Source of the DNA: Gekko japonicus
Lineage: Eukaryota
Assembly: GCF_001447785.1 (NCBI RefSeq)
Contig: NW_015172563.1
Span: 800,150 to 864,149 of the forward strand
DNA: 64,000 bases
Reading direction: 5' to 3'
The notes under the pieces were generated by a model. The model made no database searches. It saw nothing but the letters and a program-made list of their open reading frames with translations, and was not told the DNA's origin. Made by a program: the position numbers and the translations under genes. Below, piece after piece: positions 1 through 12,270 of this stretch (position 1 is its first letter; the number at the start of each line of letters is the position of its first letter).

Positions 1-1158
1 AAACTTAACAAAAAGGCAGACGGCCTACCTGAGTGATTGTCATTTCAGAGCCCCGTGACCTCGGCTTGCCAGTCTCCCATAGGAGCAGGAAACCTCCTGC
101 TGGCAACTTTCATTGCCCTCAACTGTTCCATGAGGCTGTGGGAGAGGTAAAAAAAACAAAAAACCCCACACTGGTGTTGTTTACAACATGATGTTACTTT
201 CAGGTGAAACCAAGAGGGAACTCCTAGAGTGATGCCTATGTGACTTTCATTTTTTCCTGGAAGTGACGTCACAACACATGCAACACTGGTGCTCATCATG
301 TCCCTGTCACCTAAACCTGCCCGGCCTGGCAATCCTGACCCCGTCTCACTCTACCCCTGTTCACAACTTACAATGGAAACATGTAGAGTCCTTGTACAGT
401 GTACACTTGATTGTTCTTTGTATGTGCATTGAGCAATTCTCACATTACAGTCAATGCAGGTACAGCTGGAACATGTGATACAAACCCCGTATTTATCTAG
501 GTACTGGTACTTTATAGTTTTATTTGTAAAGTAAATGTACATTGGCTCTTTCTTACAAACAGATGTACATTCTGCTTGTATGTGTATACATGAGTTTATT
601 GTAACACGTGAACAGAGCTTCTGAGGGACCCACTTTCATTTATGAAATCTGTCTTATGTCATATGAAATCTGTCTTCACCCTCTTTCTTCCAGTTCATCT
701 TGTTGTCAATTCTCTGCAAGTTTTGAAAGAGTCATATACTTTTCCATCTAATCCATGTAGAAGGATATCATCAACACTTGGGTGCATTCTTCATATTCAT
801 ATATAAACAGGAGTCTTAAAAATCATAAAAACCAATGACATTGTTATTCAGACATAAGTTTTCCCAGACTTAAATACTTTCCTTGATAAGCAGTGAAACA
901 AGCAACAGAGTCCAGGGGCCATAGCATTAATTATCATAGCAACACCTGGGACTCCACACCCATTACAGGTGTTAACTAGGTTAGCACAACTAGTGAATGG
1001 TGTCCATATATTTTAATTTGAGTTGCATTTTTAAATAATTACATTTCACACTTCACTACCTGCATTTCATGGCAGCTTGACTCTGCTGTTTGTCTTTTCC
1101 ACACCTTCTGCATAAAAGGCCTGCATAGTGAGGATCCACTGATTGCATATGAAAAAGT

Positions 1159-1476
1159 TAAGGTTGCCAGGCAGGACCAGAAAACGCCTGGCAACTGGCT
1201 GGGGGACTTAATGATGGCAGGGGGGATTTGCTGGTCATGTAATGATGTCACTGGTGATGTGCTGACATCTCTTCCCATGCTCCTGAAAGTGCCACCAGTG
1301 CATTGCCAGGCACCGCCATGGACACACTGCCATTTGAGCAAAACTCTGTGGTCATGTCTGGGCTCATGGGGAGTGAGGTCAGTGCTGGCATTCCCTCCAT
1401 TTGCCACCTCCCCCCCACCAGCTGAGTGGTAGTGGGGAAGTGCCCATGGGGGGGGGGGTAGAGGTCTAGCAAGCTC
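1159..1476. mobile_element. Degenerate TAGGGTTGCCA-type MITE
   Basis: Starts TAAGGTTGCCAG; internal gatgtcac motifs as in the other copies. Confidence 0.5.
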
Positions 1477-2467
1477 TGGTCCACTAAAACTTATGCTGCA
1501 ATTACATTTTGTTAGTCTTTTAGGTGCCACAACACTTCTGTTTGTTTTTTCCTGCAACAGACTAACATGGCTACTCTTCTGGAATTACTGCCCTGAATGT
1601 TGTGGGGAAATGTCAGCACTGGCAACTAGCACAGGAGGCAACATTCCATAAGCAGCTCTGTTGTTCTTGGGCCTGGCTGTCCAAAACAGCCAAGTGTACT
1701 GTTGTTTCCACATTATGTTGGCTTGCATTTTCAGGTACTTTAATTCCTCAGTGTCTTTAAACCATTGTAATATGAAAAGGCCATGGCTCTGATGGAGTTA
1801 CTTAAGTACTTTTTGATTCCCCTATGTCACATGGGACTGAGTTGCAACATACCAAGACCAGGATAATTTTGTATCCAGGAAACACAGCAGGAGCAAATAA
1901 TTTCAACTTCCTCTTTTTCTTTGCCAACTACGAAACACAAGCTTCATTGAGAATACACATGGAACAAAGTGCTTCAGATTTAACTGACCTGAACAGACAA
2001 GCTTTTGGGAAGGCTTCCGTGGATGCTCACGACCTCTACAGGCTTTGGCTCTGGATAGCTATTTTGTGAGGGGGCGCAAAACCTGTATGATGGTAATGGA
2101 TGAAGAAATAGACACAAGACCAGGGAACTTATCTCAGTGACAAGGATGCCAAGCCCTCTTGCAATCATCCCTCCTTTCTCTTAAACAGGGAAGAGTAATC
2201 ACCCCGTAAATATGTGGAACAGTAGGAATGTTTAAGAACTGGCACATGTTTCAAAGTACTACTGCCCAAGTTAAAAAAGAGCATAGATGTGGGATCTCCC
2301 AACTGGGGCTGGATTGGAAGTTCATCCAAGGGGTGACTCTATGTTATTCGATCCATGTAGGTGCCCTGAAACATTAGTGTTAACCAAGAACAAAGCTGGG
2401 ACGAGGTCTACCTGAGGGCTTGAAGAACTGCTGCTGGTTAGAGTAGAATAAACTGGGCCTGTTTGGC

Positions 2468-2750
2468 CAGAGCCAGTTTGGTGTAGTGGTTAAGTGCGCA
2501 GACTCTGATCTGGGAGAACCGGGTTTGATTCCCCACTCCTCCACTTGCACCTGGCTGGATGACCTTGGGCAAGCCATAGTTCTGTCAGAGCTGTTTTTCT
2601 CAAGGACAGTTCTGGAAAGAGTTCTCTCAGCCCCACCTACCTCACAGGGTGTCTGTTGTGGGGAGGGGAAGGGAAAGGAGTTTGTAAGCCACTCTGAGAT
2701 TCTGAGTGAAGGGTGGGATATAAATCCAATCTCCTCCTCCTCCTCTTCTT
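2468..2750 (+). mobile_element. tRNA-derived SINE (Squam3-like)
   Basis: A box TGGTGTAGTGG, B-box-like GGTTTGATTCC, LINE-like tail gtaagccactctgag...gggatataaatc followed by (CTC)n. Confidence 0.8.
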
Positions 2751-3071
2751 AGTATAAGGCAGCTTCTCTCGATCTATCCTTGCAATAAATCCACCTGTTG
2801 TTCTCCATATATGTGTCGTGAGAAGTTTAGGGGAGAAAGTATGGGAACCATTGGCAGGAAGAATGCTGGAGCAACTTTTGTTGCCACATACCAGACTATT
2901 TACCACACGGTTTAAGGGTAACAGGTGGAGGCATCATGGCAGTTACTTGAACCCTTGCTTCATTGTCCTAATTTCTTTCCTGATGAGGTGTGGAGTCAGG
3001 AGTGGACTGGGAACTGAAAACAGCCCTGGAATAAGTTATGCTGAATGGTCCCTGAGGTATCACCATTGCCA

Positions 3072-4650
3072 ATTTTATTTATTTATTTATTTATTTATTT
3101 ATTTGCTTCGATTAGTACCCCGCCCTCATAAACATCTAAAAGCAATTCATCAAACAATTCTGTAACAATTTGATTAAAACTAACTTACAATATATTAAAG
3201 TGCTAGCAGTTGATATTTAATATCAAAGATGGTATTAGAGAATAAGCCCGATATTTGCTTTATGGACTGCTTATTGCTACACACAATGGACTGTGCATAT
3301 GCACATAGGCTCAGAAAGCTGTACACTTTAGGTCACCTGTTGTGATGTCACACATAGAGGGTGCCTGCACATACCTTGCATGTAAATAAGGTTTCAGCAA
3401 CACAGTTGCCCATCCTGGTGAAGAAGCACAAACCTCCATTATTGTGAGCAATGAAACAACAACTCTAGGAGAAGACAGCCCCCATGACAAAGTTGCTTGT
3501 GGTCACGTACCACCCATCACCTGCTTTGTTCCTGAGCTGGAATTTCCTGTAAGATGGACATTTGGTTATCAATGGAACTGGCCAACTTCATCAGCACGAC
3601 AATGAAGCATCCCGATGCCTGTATTTCACACCTGTCCAGATGTCCATACTTTGAGTAAGGTTTTAGGTTACAATATTGGCCATCCCTCCTAGGTAACCTC
3701 CCCTCCTTACATGCAACCAATAGGATTGTTTTTGGGACGGACTAACAGGTAGGTGGGTCAAGAGGTTGGCACAGTTTCCACCCATCTCTTGGACCCCCTA
3801 TAAAAGGAGAGAACCAGTCACCTGACTCCTCCTAGCTAGCATTCCCCCCCAAGACGACCCCTATCTGCTTTTACCCCTCTTAAGTCCCACTTGCTATCCC
3901 CAACCCTTGCCTCTACTGCCCACACGTTCTGGCTGGTTCTGGTCGTGTGGATTCCCTTTGTTTTCCATTTCTTCCCCTCCATTCTTCCTTGGAACAACCA
4001 AGCTGCAGGACAGATAAGTATTGCCCGTCATCACGCCTACCTGCTAATGCAATTGTGCTTATTTCCTACTGTAATTCTTAGGAACTTGATTGAATGTGTG
4101 AGTGCATCAGTATTGTTTGTATGAGATATATTTTTAAGTAAAAGACATCTATTTTAAATACAACAGCCTCGTTATCCTTTACTGGTAACCCTTGGTGGGA
4201 TCAGGACCTTGGTATAAATTGGCAAGAACCCATTTATAAATTGCCAATGGCTGTAAATAAAAAGCAATTCGGCTAACAATGGCCTCATACATTCTATAAG
4301 TTCAGTTGATATTCAGCTCGTTGGTCTATCTAAATCTTCGTCAGCGAGCACAGGCTATCAATAATAGACCAGGCACCAGGCTTCTATTGTTGTTAAATTG
4401 ATGATGTTACTAAGCATAGATGGAAATGCTGGACACGGTGTTAGTGGTGGCCACTCCTAGTTGAAAGCCTGGTAGAAGAGCTCTGTCTTACAGGCCCTGC
4501 AGAACTGTAAAAGGTCCCACAGGGCCTTGATCTCTTCCGAGAGCTCATTCCACCAGTGTGGAGCCATCACTGAGAAAGCTCTGGCCCTGGTTGTAGCTAG
4601 CTTGGCATCCTTGGGACTTGGGAGGGCCAATGAAGGGTGCCAAGTCAAGT
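3072..4650 (-). mobile_element. L2-clade LINE 3' fragment, split by the LTR
   Basis: RAFSVMAPHWWNEL...KTELFYQAF (4457-4648); (TAAA)n tail near 3072-3104. Confidence 0.7.
3233..4278 (+). mobile_element. Solo LTR (ERV/Gypsy-type), nested in an L2 3' end
   Basis: T(A)TTAG...CTAACA termini, 4-bp TSD ATGG, TATAAAAG at 3799. Confidence 0.75.
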
Positions 4651-5739
4651 CACCATTAAGGCACTGACAGAACTGCTGGACTGTGGCTTTGTTTGCTTCT
4701 AGATCAGAGGCCCATCAGGGAATTTCCCTGTGTTAAATGAATGGTGTCTTGGCTAATAAAAAGATTATGTTCAAGTTTCGTAGTTGCTCATTCTCCTACC
4801 AAAGAATGTTTTTGCGGTTCTGGTGCCTCCTTGTGGTCTGTTGGATTCATACACTCATTTCTCATTTCAACTTAAGAGACAACAGATAAGCTTTGGAGGC
4901 TTGGGGCTATTTTTAGAATTCATTGTGATATGAATTGGCCACTGCTTGTGGTGTGGAACTTTATCCCAGACTGGCAAACAGCTTTTGCAGGCTGTTGTAG
5001 GGCTTCAGTAAGCTGCAGAACCTGATTTAGAAGTGGTGACAGCAGGAGAATACCTTTGTCGTTCCAGTTTCAGCTCTCTTAAAACAATATGCAGTTGTTT
5101 CTCTCCAGATGGATTCACTAATAATCTTTTAATAATTTTTCTAAATGCTTGCTTGCAAATGCTTACTAAATTATCACCCTTTATTAAATTCTAGCTACAT
5201 TGTTTTGTGAAAACACAATTCATGGCAAAACCAAGCTTTTTTTTTATTTAAAGCAATGAAACCCTTTGTTTCAAGTATCCTATAGTGGTATCAGCTTTGG
5301 GACTAAACATGGGGACTCACCATTTATTACTAGAAAGTTTATTTGCAGTAGTGTACCTAGTAGCCATAAAATACAGGATGTGAAGTAGATTTTCTGAAGC
5401 ATGTAGTTAAAGATCACTATAAAATCTCTGCCCTAAATTATATTATGATTTTATTACTAGGCCCTGTAGTCAATCTGTGCTAACATCTGGGCATGGAATT
5501 GTGTTATAACTTCTTACCTTTATATTTTAATGTATTTCAAGGCAGTGTTGCCCTAGGCAGTCATGTCAGTATTTTAGGCCTGTGTTTGAAACATTAGGCT
5601 GTTCTGATATAGAAAAAGTATGAGTTTAAAGTCAAAGAGGGAAACATTGTTTATGAGTAGATCTGTGCTGGCATGCCAAGTTTTTTTTAAAAAATGGGTT
5701 GGCTCCAACGTAATATTTTTGTAGATAAAGTTCATGTAG

Positions 5740-6130
5740 TAGGGCTGCCAAATCCCCCCGGGGGGCGGATTTCCCCCCGCTTTGGAGGCCCAATTTCCGC
5801 CCCCACGGAATCGGGCCGTGGGGGAAACCCCACCCCCGCGTGCACATCACCCGGATGTGACGTCGCATGCTGGGGGCGGGGCCACAGCCATTTGAGGGGA
5901 AACATAGAGTTTTCCCCTCAAATGGCTGTGGCCCCGCCCCCAGCGTGCCCGGCGTCATGATGTCACATCCGGGTGACTTAGATGCGGCGCATGCGCGCTT
6001 CACACACGCGCGCACCGGGAGCTGCCCAGGAGTCCCCCGCCAAGGAGGTGAGTGCCATTTGGACGCCGTGAGGTGAGTAGTCTGGACGCCGTGACCCCCC
6101 CATCCCTCAAATACTTCCTGAAGCGCTGTT
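5740..6130. mobile_element. CpG-rich hAT-MITE-like element with a long central hairpin
   Basis: Starts TAGGGCTGCCA; 38-bp near-perfect inverted arms 5865-5902 / 5911-5948; right end uncertain. Confidence 0.65.
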
Positions 6131-6333
6131 CCTAGCATCTCCCAGGAGCAGCAGAGGTGTGTGTGTGTGTGGGGGGGGTAGTGGTGAGAAGTTGCACTAT
6201 ATGACTGGAACTCCTTTTGCCTGTGGAAATATTCTGCTGGATCCAGGCAAATATTGGTCGGCCCTGCGCTTTTAAATGTGTTTTGTACAGTAGAAACAAA
6301 TACTAAAATGATCTATATTATCAGACTGTCTAG

Positions 6334-6557
6334 TAGATTTGCCAACTCTGGGTTGGGAAATACCTGGAGATTTTGTTGTGGGAGGGAGACCGGAGAGGGT
6401 GGAGTTTGGGGAAGGAAGGAGCTCAACAGGGTTATAAAGCCATAGAGTCCACCCTCACAAAGCAGCCATTTTCTCCAAGGGAACTGCTCTCTGTCATCTG
6501 GAAATCAGTTATAATTCTGGGTGATCCCCAGACCCCACCTGGAGGTTGGCAACCCTA
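6334..6557. mobile_element. hAT MITE with TAGGGTTGCCA-type TIR
   Basis: TAGATTTGCCAAC...GTTGGCAACCCTA; 8-bp TSD CT(G/C)TCTAG. Confidence 0.8.
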
Positions 6558-7555
6558 CTCTCTAGGGTGGCTTTCAGGTACAAAATTTAAGTTAGTAGTT
6601 TCTTTATCTGTGTTTATTCTTGAAATTCCCTACAGAAGGCACTGCGATATGTTCAGTTTAAACAAGCTCTGTTCTGGGTAGAGTGAACACAACACATGAC
6701 TCCTGATCTCCACCTATTTACTAGAATGTTTGAACAGGACTCTCTAGGGCCCTTTTCACATTACTGTTCTAAATTGGATGTTTTTGTTGTTGGGCCAATT
6801 TCAAGTAAAGTGATATAGGGACAGGGGTTACATACAGCAAGTTTTCCCCCGTTAATGAAGCCCAGCCCCCAGCCAATATATATATTGCTACTGCTACTAC
6901 TACGATCCCACTCCTTTTACCTTCACGAATAAATATTATGCTGTTGATTGTATGAATAGGGATTTACTAAAAAAAACCCAGTCTCTCTTGCAGTCTTGCT
7001 AACCTGATAAGAGTTCTTCATTTTGTTAAATGGAATACTGTAATATTTATGCATGTGGCGTTAATTCATATCAATATTAGACAGCCCAAACCTGGGCATA
7101 CTTAAGTTGCATAAGCTGTATAGATTTAGAGTCAGTAAAGCTGTCTTCTGTTGGTTGCCTTTTTAAATCTTCAAGGATGAGTATCCTCCATTATTTTTGA
7201 AGTTTCTTGTACACGGACACATCACAGAGTACTTGTGAGTACTCTGAAAGAACAATTGTGATACACCATGCCTCCCTTTTGCTCTCCCCTGCCTTTCTCC
7301 CTCCCTCCTCCTCTTGTTGGGAGTTGATTGTTTGTACAAAAGCTTGGTGTGTTCTGACCTTTCTTTATTGTTACACACCATGTTTTCCTTCCAGCGCCCT
7401 TGTGTATTAGCAGTTTGTTTCCCATTGATAGTTTAGAATCCCTGTGTGTGTTATACAGGGCGGCCATAGAGTGACAGTAGTCTCACATCCTTTGTTCTGT
7501 TGTGTGTGTCCTGGGATTTTACAACCTTGGAGTAGGGGAAGAATCTAGTAACAAT

Positions 7556-7761
7556 CAATGCTCTCTCTAAGCCATGGAGTCTTGTGAGCAAAAATTCTAC
7601 TTTGAGAGCTATTGGCATTAAAGCTGTGAGCGAGTGATTTGGCTACTGCATCAATTAGTTTGCTCTGGAGCCATCCTTCCTGAGCTGAGACAAAAATCTC
7701 TGAGCTGTAGGCTAAAAAACCGTGAGCTGGCTCACACTAGCTCAGCTTAGAGGGAACACTG
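7556..7761. mobile_element. 206-bp hAT-type MITE
   Basis: TIR CA(G)TG(T)TC(C)CTCTAAG / CTTAGAGGGAACACTG; perfect 8-bp TSD GTAACAAT. Confidence 0.85.
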
Positions 7762-8141
7762 GTAACAATCCTATCCTCAATTTCTACAGACTCCCAGGTC
7801 ACAATGTTATCCCTATAGAGCAAGAAAATAGTTACATTCTGCAAATGCCATATGGTCAGCCATGGTGTCATGATGTCATCACACTCAGCAATATGACAGT
7901 GTTACTGACAAAAACAAATCCTCATTCTGAATTATGGGAAAACGGAATACATCTCCACTGCCTAGGGAAGCTGGGCTGGTTCTCTTGGCAACAGGGATGT
8001 GTATTCCCTTTGTTACCTGTTCACTTACCAATAGTTTCATACAGCACTGCAAAGGAATAAAATATTCGATATCCTATAGGTGGAGAAAACTGATCAGGGC
8101 AGGGGACTGGAGCTCCTTCACTGGCTAAGGAGTTTTGGGTA

Positions 8142-9862
8142 CATAAGAACATAAGAGAAGCCAATGTTGGATCAGGCCAAAGGCCCATCCAGTCCAACAC
8201 TCTGTCACACAGTGGCCAAAAATACCAGGTGCCACCAGGAGGTTCATCAGTGGGGCCAGGACATTAGAAACTCTCCCACTGTTGCCCCCCTCCCAAGCAC
8301 CAAGAATACAGAGCATCACTTGCCCCAGAGTTCCTATCTATACCTTGTGGGCGATGTTCCCTCTAAGCTGCAGAGTCTTGTGAGCAAAAATTCTACTTTG
8401 TGAGCCACGAGCAATAAAGTTGTGAGCGAGCAATTTGACTACTGCATAAATTACTTTGCCCTGGAGCCATCCTTCCTGAGCTAAGACAAAAATCTGTGAG
8501 CCGGGGGCTAAAAAATTGTGAGCTAGCTCACTCTAACTCAGCTTAGAGGGAACACTGCATGTGGCTAATAGCCACTGATGGATCTCTTCCCTCTTGAAGC
8601 CATCCATGCTTGTAGCCGCTGCCACGTCCTGTGGCAGTGGATTCTTCACTCTTTGGGTGAAGAAGTACTTCCTTTTATCTGTTCTAACCCGACCGTTCAG
8701 CAATTTCATTGAGTGCCCACGAGTCCTTGTATTGTGAGAAAGGGAGAAAAGTGCTTCTTTCTCTACCTGCTCTATCCCACGCACAATCTTATAACCCTCA
8801 ATCATGTCACCTCTCAGCCGTTATTTCTCCAAGCTAAAGAGACCTAAGCGCTTTAACCTTTCTTCATAGGGAAAGTGCTCCAACCCTTTTATCATTCTAG
8901 TTGCCCTTTTCTGCACTTTTTCCGATGCTATAATATCCTTTTTGAGGTTGCACCATTGATTTATACAGGGACATTATGATACTGGCTGATTTGTTTTCAA
9001 TTCCCTTCCTAATAATCCCCAGCAAAGCGTTGGCCTTTTTTATTGCAGTCGCACACTGTCTTGACATTTTCAGTGAGTTATCTACTACGACCCCAAGATC
9101 TCTCTCTTGGCCAGTCTCTGCCAGTTCAGACCCCATCAATGTGTATTTATAGTTAGAGGTTTTGGCTCCAATGTGCATCACCGTGCACTTGGCCACATTG
9201 AACCCCATTTGCCATGTTGACGCCCACTCGCCCATCCTAGACAGATTCCTTTGGAATGCCTCACAGTCCTCCCTGCTTTTCGCCACCCTGAACAACTTCG
9301 TGTCACCCACAAATTTAGCCACTTCACTGCTTACTCTCAACTCAAAATCATTAATGAACAAGATAAAATGCATCGGACAGAGTACTGATCCCTGCGGTAC
9401 CCCACTGCTTACCACCCTCCACTAAGAAAATTGCCCATTTATACTCACTCTCTGTTTCCTATTAATTAGCCAGTTTTTGATCCACAAAAGGACTTGTCTG
9501 CCTCAATAGTTTTTGTTCATCAATGTGCCTACTAATTCTTTCCTTAATAATGGTTTCCACCAATTTACCCGATATCAGTGTCAGACTGACTGGCCTGTAA
9601 TTTCCCGGATCTCCTCTGGAACCCTTTTTAAAGATGGGAGTGACATTAGCTACCTTCCAGTCCTCAGGAATGGAGGCAAATTTTAATGAAAGATTACAAA
9701 TTTTTGTCAGGAGATCCACAAATTCACATTTGAGTGCTTTCAGAACTCTCAGATGTATGCTATCCAGGCCTGGTGATTTATCAGTTTTTAAGTTGTTTAT
9801 CTAGCTCCTCTCTCGTCACCTCAAGCTGACTCAGGTCTTTCAACACCCCTCCCGAAACCAGC
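8142..9862 (-). mobile_element. CR1 LINE, older degraded copy (interrupted by a MITE, internally deleted)
   Basis: RT fragments PEDWKVANVTPIFKKG...NYRPVSLT and GVPQGSVL; same 3' UTR and tail. Confidence 0.9.
8352..8557. mobile_element. 206-bp hAT-type MITE of the same family, inserted in CR1
   Basis: Same internal sequence and TIR; degenerate 8-bp TSD CTTGTGGG / CATGTGGC. Confidence 0.85.
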
Positions 9863-10590
9863 ACGACAGGGAAGCGTCTGTGGTCAGGGTGATTTGGGGT
9901 GATGGAGGATGGAAAGGTGCTCCCTGGAAGAGATTGGAAGGGACAATCCACCAAAGTAATGAGTCTCGTATGTTGGGAGGAGGGGTTAGGAGGACGGTAT
10001 GTGCGTTTTTCGTTCGGACATACTTGCGGATAAACCACAGTAGTAGACGACGCATCTTTAGTCTGGCAAAGACGAGGACCGACGTAGTTGCGGCCATGAG
10101 GTCGAGAAGCCTCTGAATTTGGAAAGCCATGACTGAAGGCTGGGTAAGGACGACATTGGTTAGGGAAATGATGTCTGCCGCTCTGTCTTGTGGCAGGTAA
10201 GCCATGCATGTCTTGGAATCCAGTATAGCAGTGATGTACTGTATTCTTTGGACTGGGCGCAAGTGAGACTTTTCATGATTGACCTGGAGGCCTAAATTTT
10301 CTAATAGTGCCAACATCTCAGTGATGTTTGAGTCCAGGGCATTCTTTGAAGGTGCTACCAGGAGCCAATCGTCGATATAGGGGTAGATGGAAATACCCCT
10401 GAGACGGAGAAAGGCTGCAACGACAATCATAGTCTTTTAAAGACCCTTGGGGCGCTTGACAGGCTGAATGGCAGGACCGCATATTGGTAATGCTGTTGAC
10501 CAATTGCGAAGCGTAGGTATTGGCAGTGGGAGGGAGGGATGGTGACGTGGAAGTACGCGTCTTGGAGGTCAAGGGTGGCCATCCAGACAT

Positions 10591-10655
10591 TTATTTATTT
10601 ATTTATTTTGGGATTTATATCCCGCCCTACCCATACGGCCCAGGGCGGCATACAT
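10591..10655 (-). mobile_element. 65-bp LINE/SINE 3'-tail insertion splitting the DIRS RT
   Basis: gggcgggatataaat...(TAAA)n tail; ACAT repeated at the junctions; removing it restores the RT frame. Confidence 0.7.
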
Positions 10656-11278
10656 GTTTTTGGAGGAGCGGCATAACCTGTTGCAGGGACACCATGTGGA
10701 AACGGTGGTAGGTCACAAAACAGTTCAGTGCCCTTAGATCTAATATGGGTCGAACGCCTCCATCCCACTTTGGAACTGTAAAATAGCGGGAATAGAATCC
10801 TTTCCTCTGCAAATGAGGTGGTACCGGCTCGATGGCTCCCTTGTGCAGAAGAACGGAAACCTCTTCCAGAAGAGGTGGGGAAGGGTGTGTGGAGATGACG
10901 ACAGGAGTAATGGAGTTCTGGTGGAATTGGATACGGTAGCCTCAGGTCAAGATGGATAGTACCCATTTGTCTGAGGTGATATGACGCCAGGTGTGAAGGA
11001 AGGGTGATAGACGGGTTTGCACTGACTCGGTGAGAGGGAAGTCAAAAACCCTGTTTGGAGGGTTTTGCCTGTTTGGTGCGAGAAGAGTTTTGCCCAGATC
11101 CAAACTGTGGTTTTTGGAAGGTGGGTTTTTTGCCTCCTGAAGAAGTCCGCGGTCTTCATTGTCTGTTAGGAGACTGACGACTTGGGGTACGCCTTTGCCA
11201 GGGCCTGGACCAGGTGCAAGGATGGTATTGTTGTCTTGCAGAGGATGATACTCCCAGAGCCCAAGAAGCCTTTATACT

Positions 11279-11366
11279 NNNNNNNNNNNNNNNNNNNNNN
11301 NNNNNNNNNNNNNNNNNNNNNNNNNNNNNNNNNNNNNNNNNNNNNNNNNNNNNNNNNNNNNNNNNN
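11279..11366. other. Assembly gap
   Basis: N run. Confidence 1.
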
Positions 11367-11849
11367 CAGGCCAAGTAATTTGTGGTTTTCACTCCCAATG
11401 CTCCTGTAGAGTAGAAGCATCTGCCAAAGGCATCCAATTTCTTACTTTCCCTGTCAGAAGGTGCAGAGTGAGTTCTTTTAGATTTGGAGGAGGAGGTTAC
11501 AACCATAGAATTTGGTTGAGGGTGGGAGAATAAAAATTCAGCTCCAGTTTCCTGGACTCTGTACATGTGATCCAGGCGTCTAGTTGACACTGGGGCTGAC
11601 GAAGGCTTCTCCCACGGTGCCTTAGCGGCTTGTAGAAGGACTGTAGACATCGGTAACGCCAAAGTGGCAGAGGTATCGAGCTGTACGATATCAAAAACTG
11701 CATCAGACACTTGAGGGTCTCGTTGGACAACCGAGAGGCCTAGAGAATGGGCCATAAAAGCGAACCTATCAGACTGACGAGAAAGAGGTCTTTCCCATGG
11801 GTGTGAAGCATAGAGACCATGTCAAAGATCTTTACAATCTGCAAATCAG

Positions 11850-12270
11850 CATCTTCTGGTGGTCCCTGGCCCTATCTTGCCTCAACTAGAGCCAGGGCTT
11901 TTTTGGCCCTTGCCCCTACCTGGTGGAATGAGCTCCCATATGAGAAAACGACCCTGCGGGACCTTTTACAGTTCTGCAGAGTCTGCAAGATGGAGCTCTT
12001 CAGCCTGGCTTTTAGTTGAGGTTGCAGGCGTCCACACTCTATTGGGCCTCCCCTCCAGTGGATCAGATCTGCGCCATCATCTAGAACTCAAATTATACTA
12101 GACCTCATCTGTTGAGGAGCTGGCTAGGAATATGGGAATCAATAATGGTATTGTAACTGATGTATTTCAATTGTTTTTAACTGTCTGTATAGTATTTATG
12201 ATGGAACCTACCCTGTGCCCACTACACAGGGAGGGTGAGATACAAATCTCATAAAATAAATACATAAATA
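11850..12270 (+). mobile_element. L2-clade LINE 3' fragment
   Basis: RARAFLALAPTWWNELP...ELFSLAF; ends in an (ATAA)n-like tail. Confidence 0.7.

Larger units (their letters stand above)
9863..11820 (-). mobile_element. DIRS-like (tyrosine-recombinase group) retrotransposon fragment: gag-like, RT, start of RNase H
   Basis: GFYSRYFTVPKWDGGVRPILDLRALN, WMATLDLQDAYFHV, YPYIDDWLL, TTDAS; upstream ORF 11156-11755; frameshifted and gapped. Confidence 0.85.

Noticed and set aside
2019-2030. GTGGATGCTCAC (VDAH), resembling the arginase WVDAH motif of exon 4
   Set aside because: The flanks do not align and it lies upstream of pseudo-exon 2, so the order is wrong; likely chance.
2468-2540. tRNA gene
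   Set aside because: The A/B boxes are the head of a SINE; there is no complete cloverleaf.
2845-2880. TIG....GATF, resembling ARG1 exon 1 (TIGIIGAPF)
   Set aside because: Needs an insertion, and lacks the SKGQ end and a donor; too weak.
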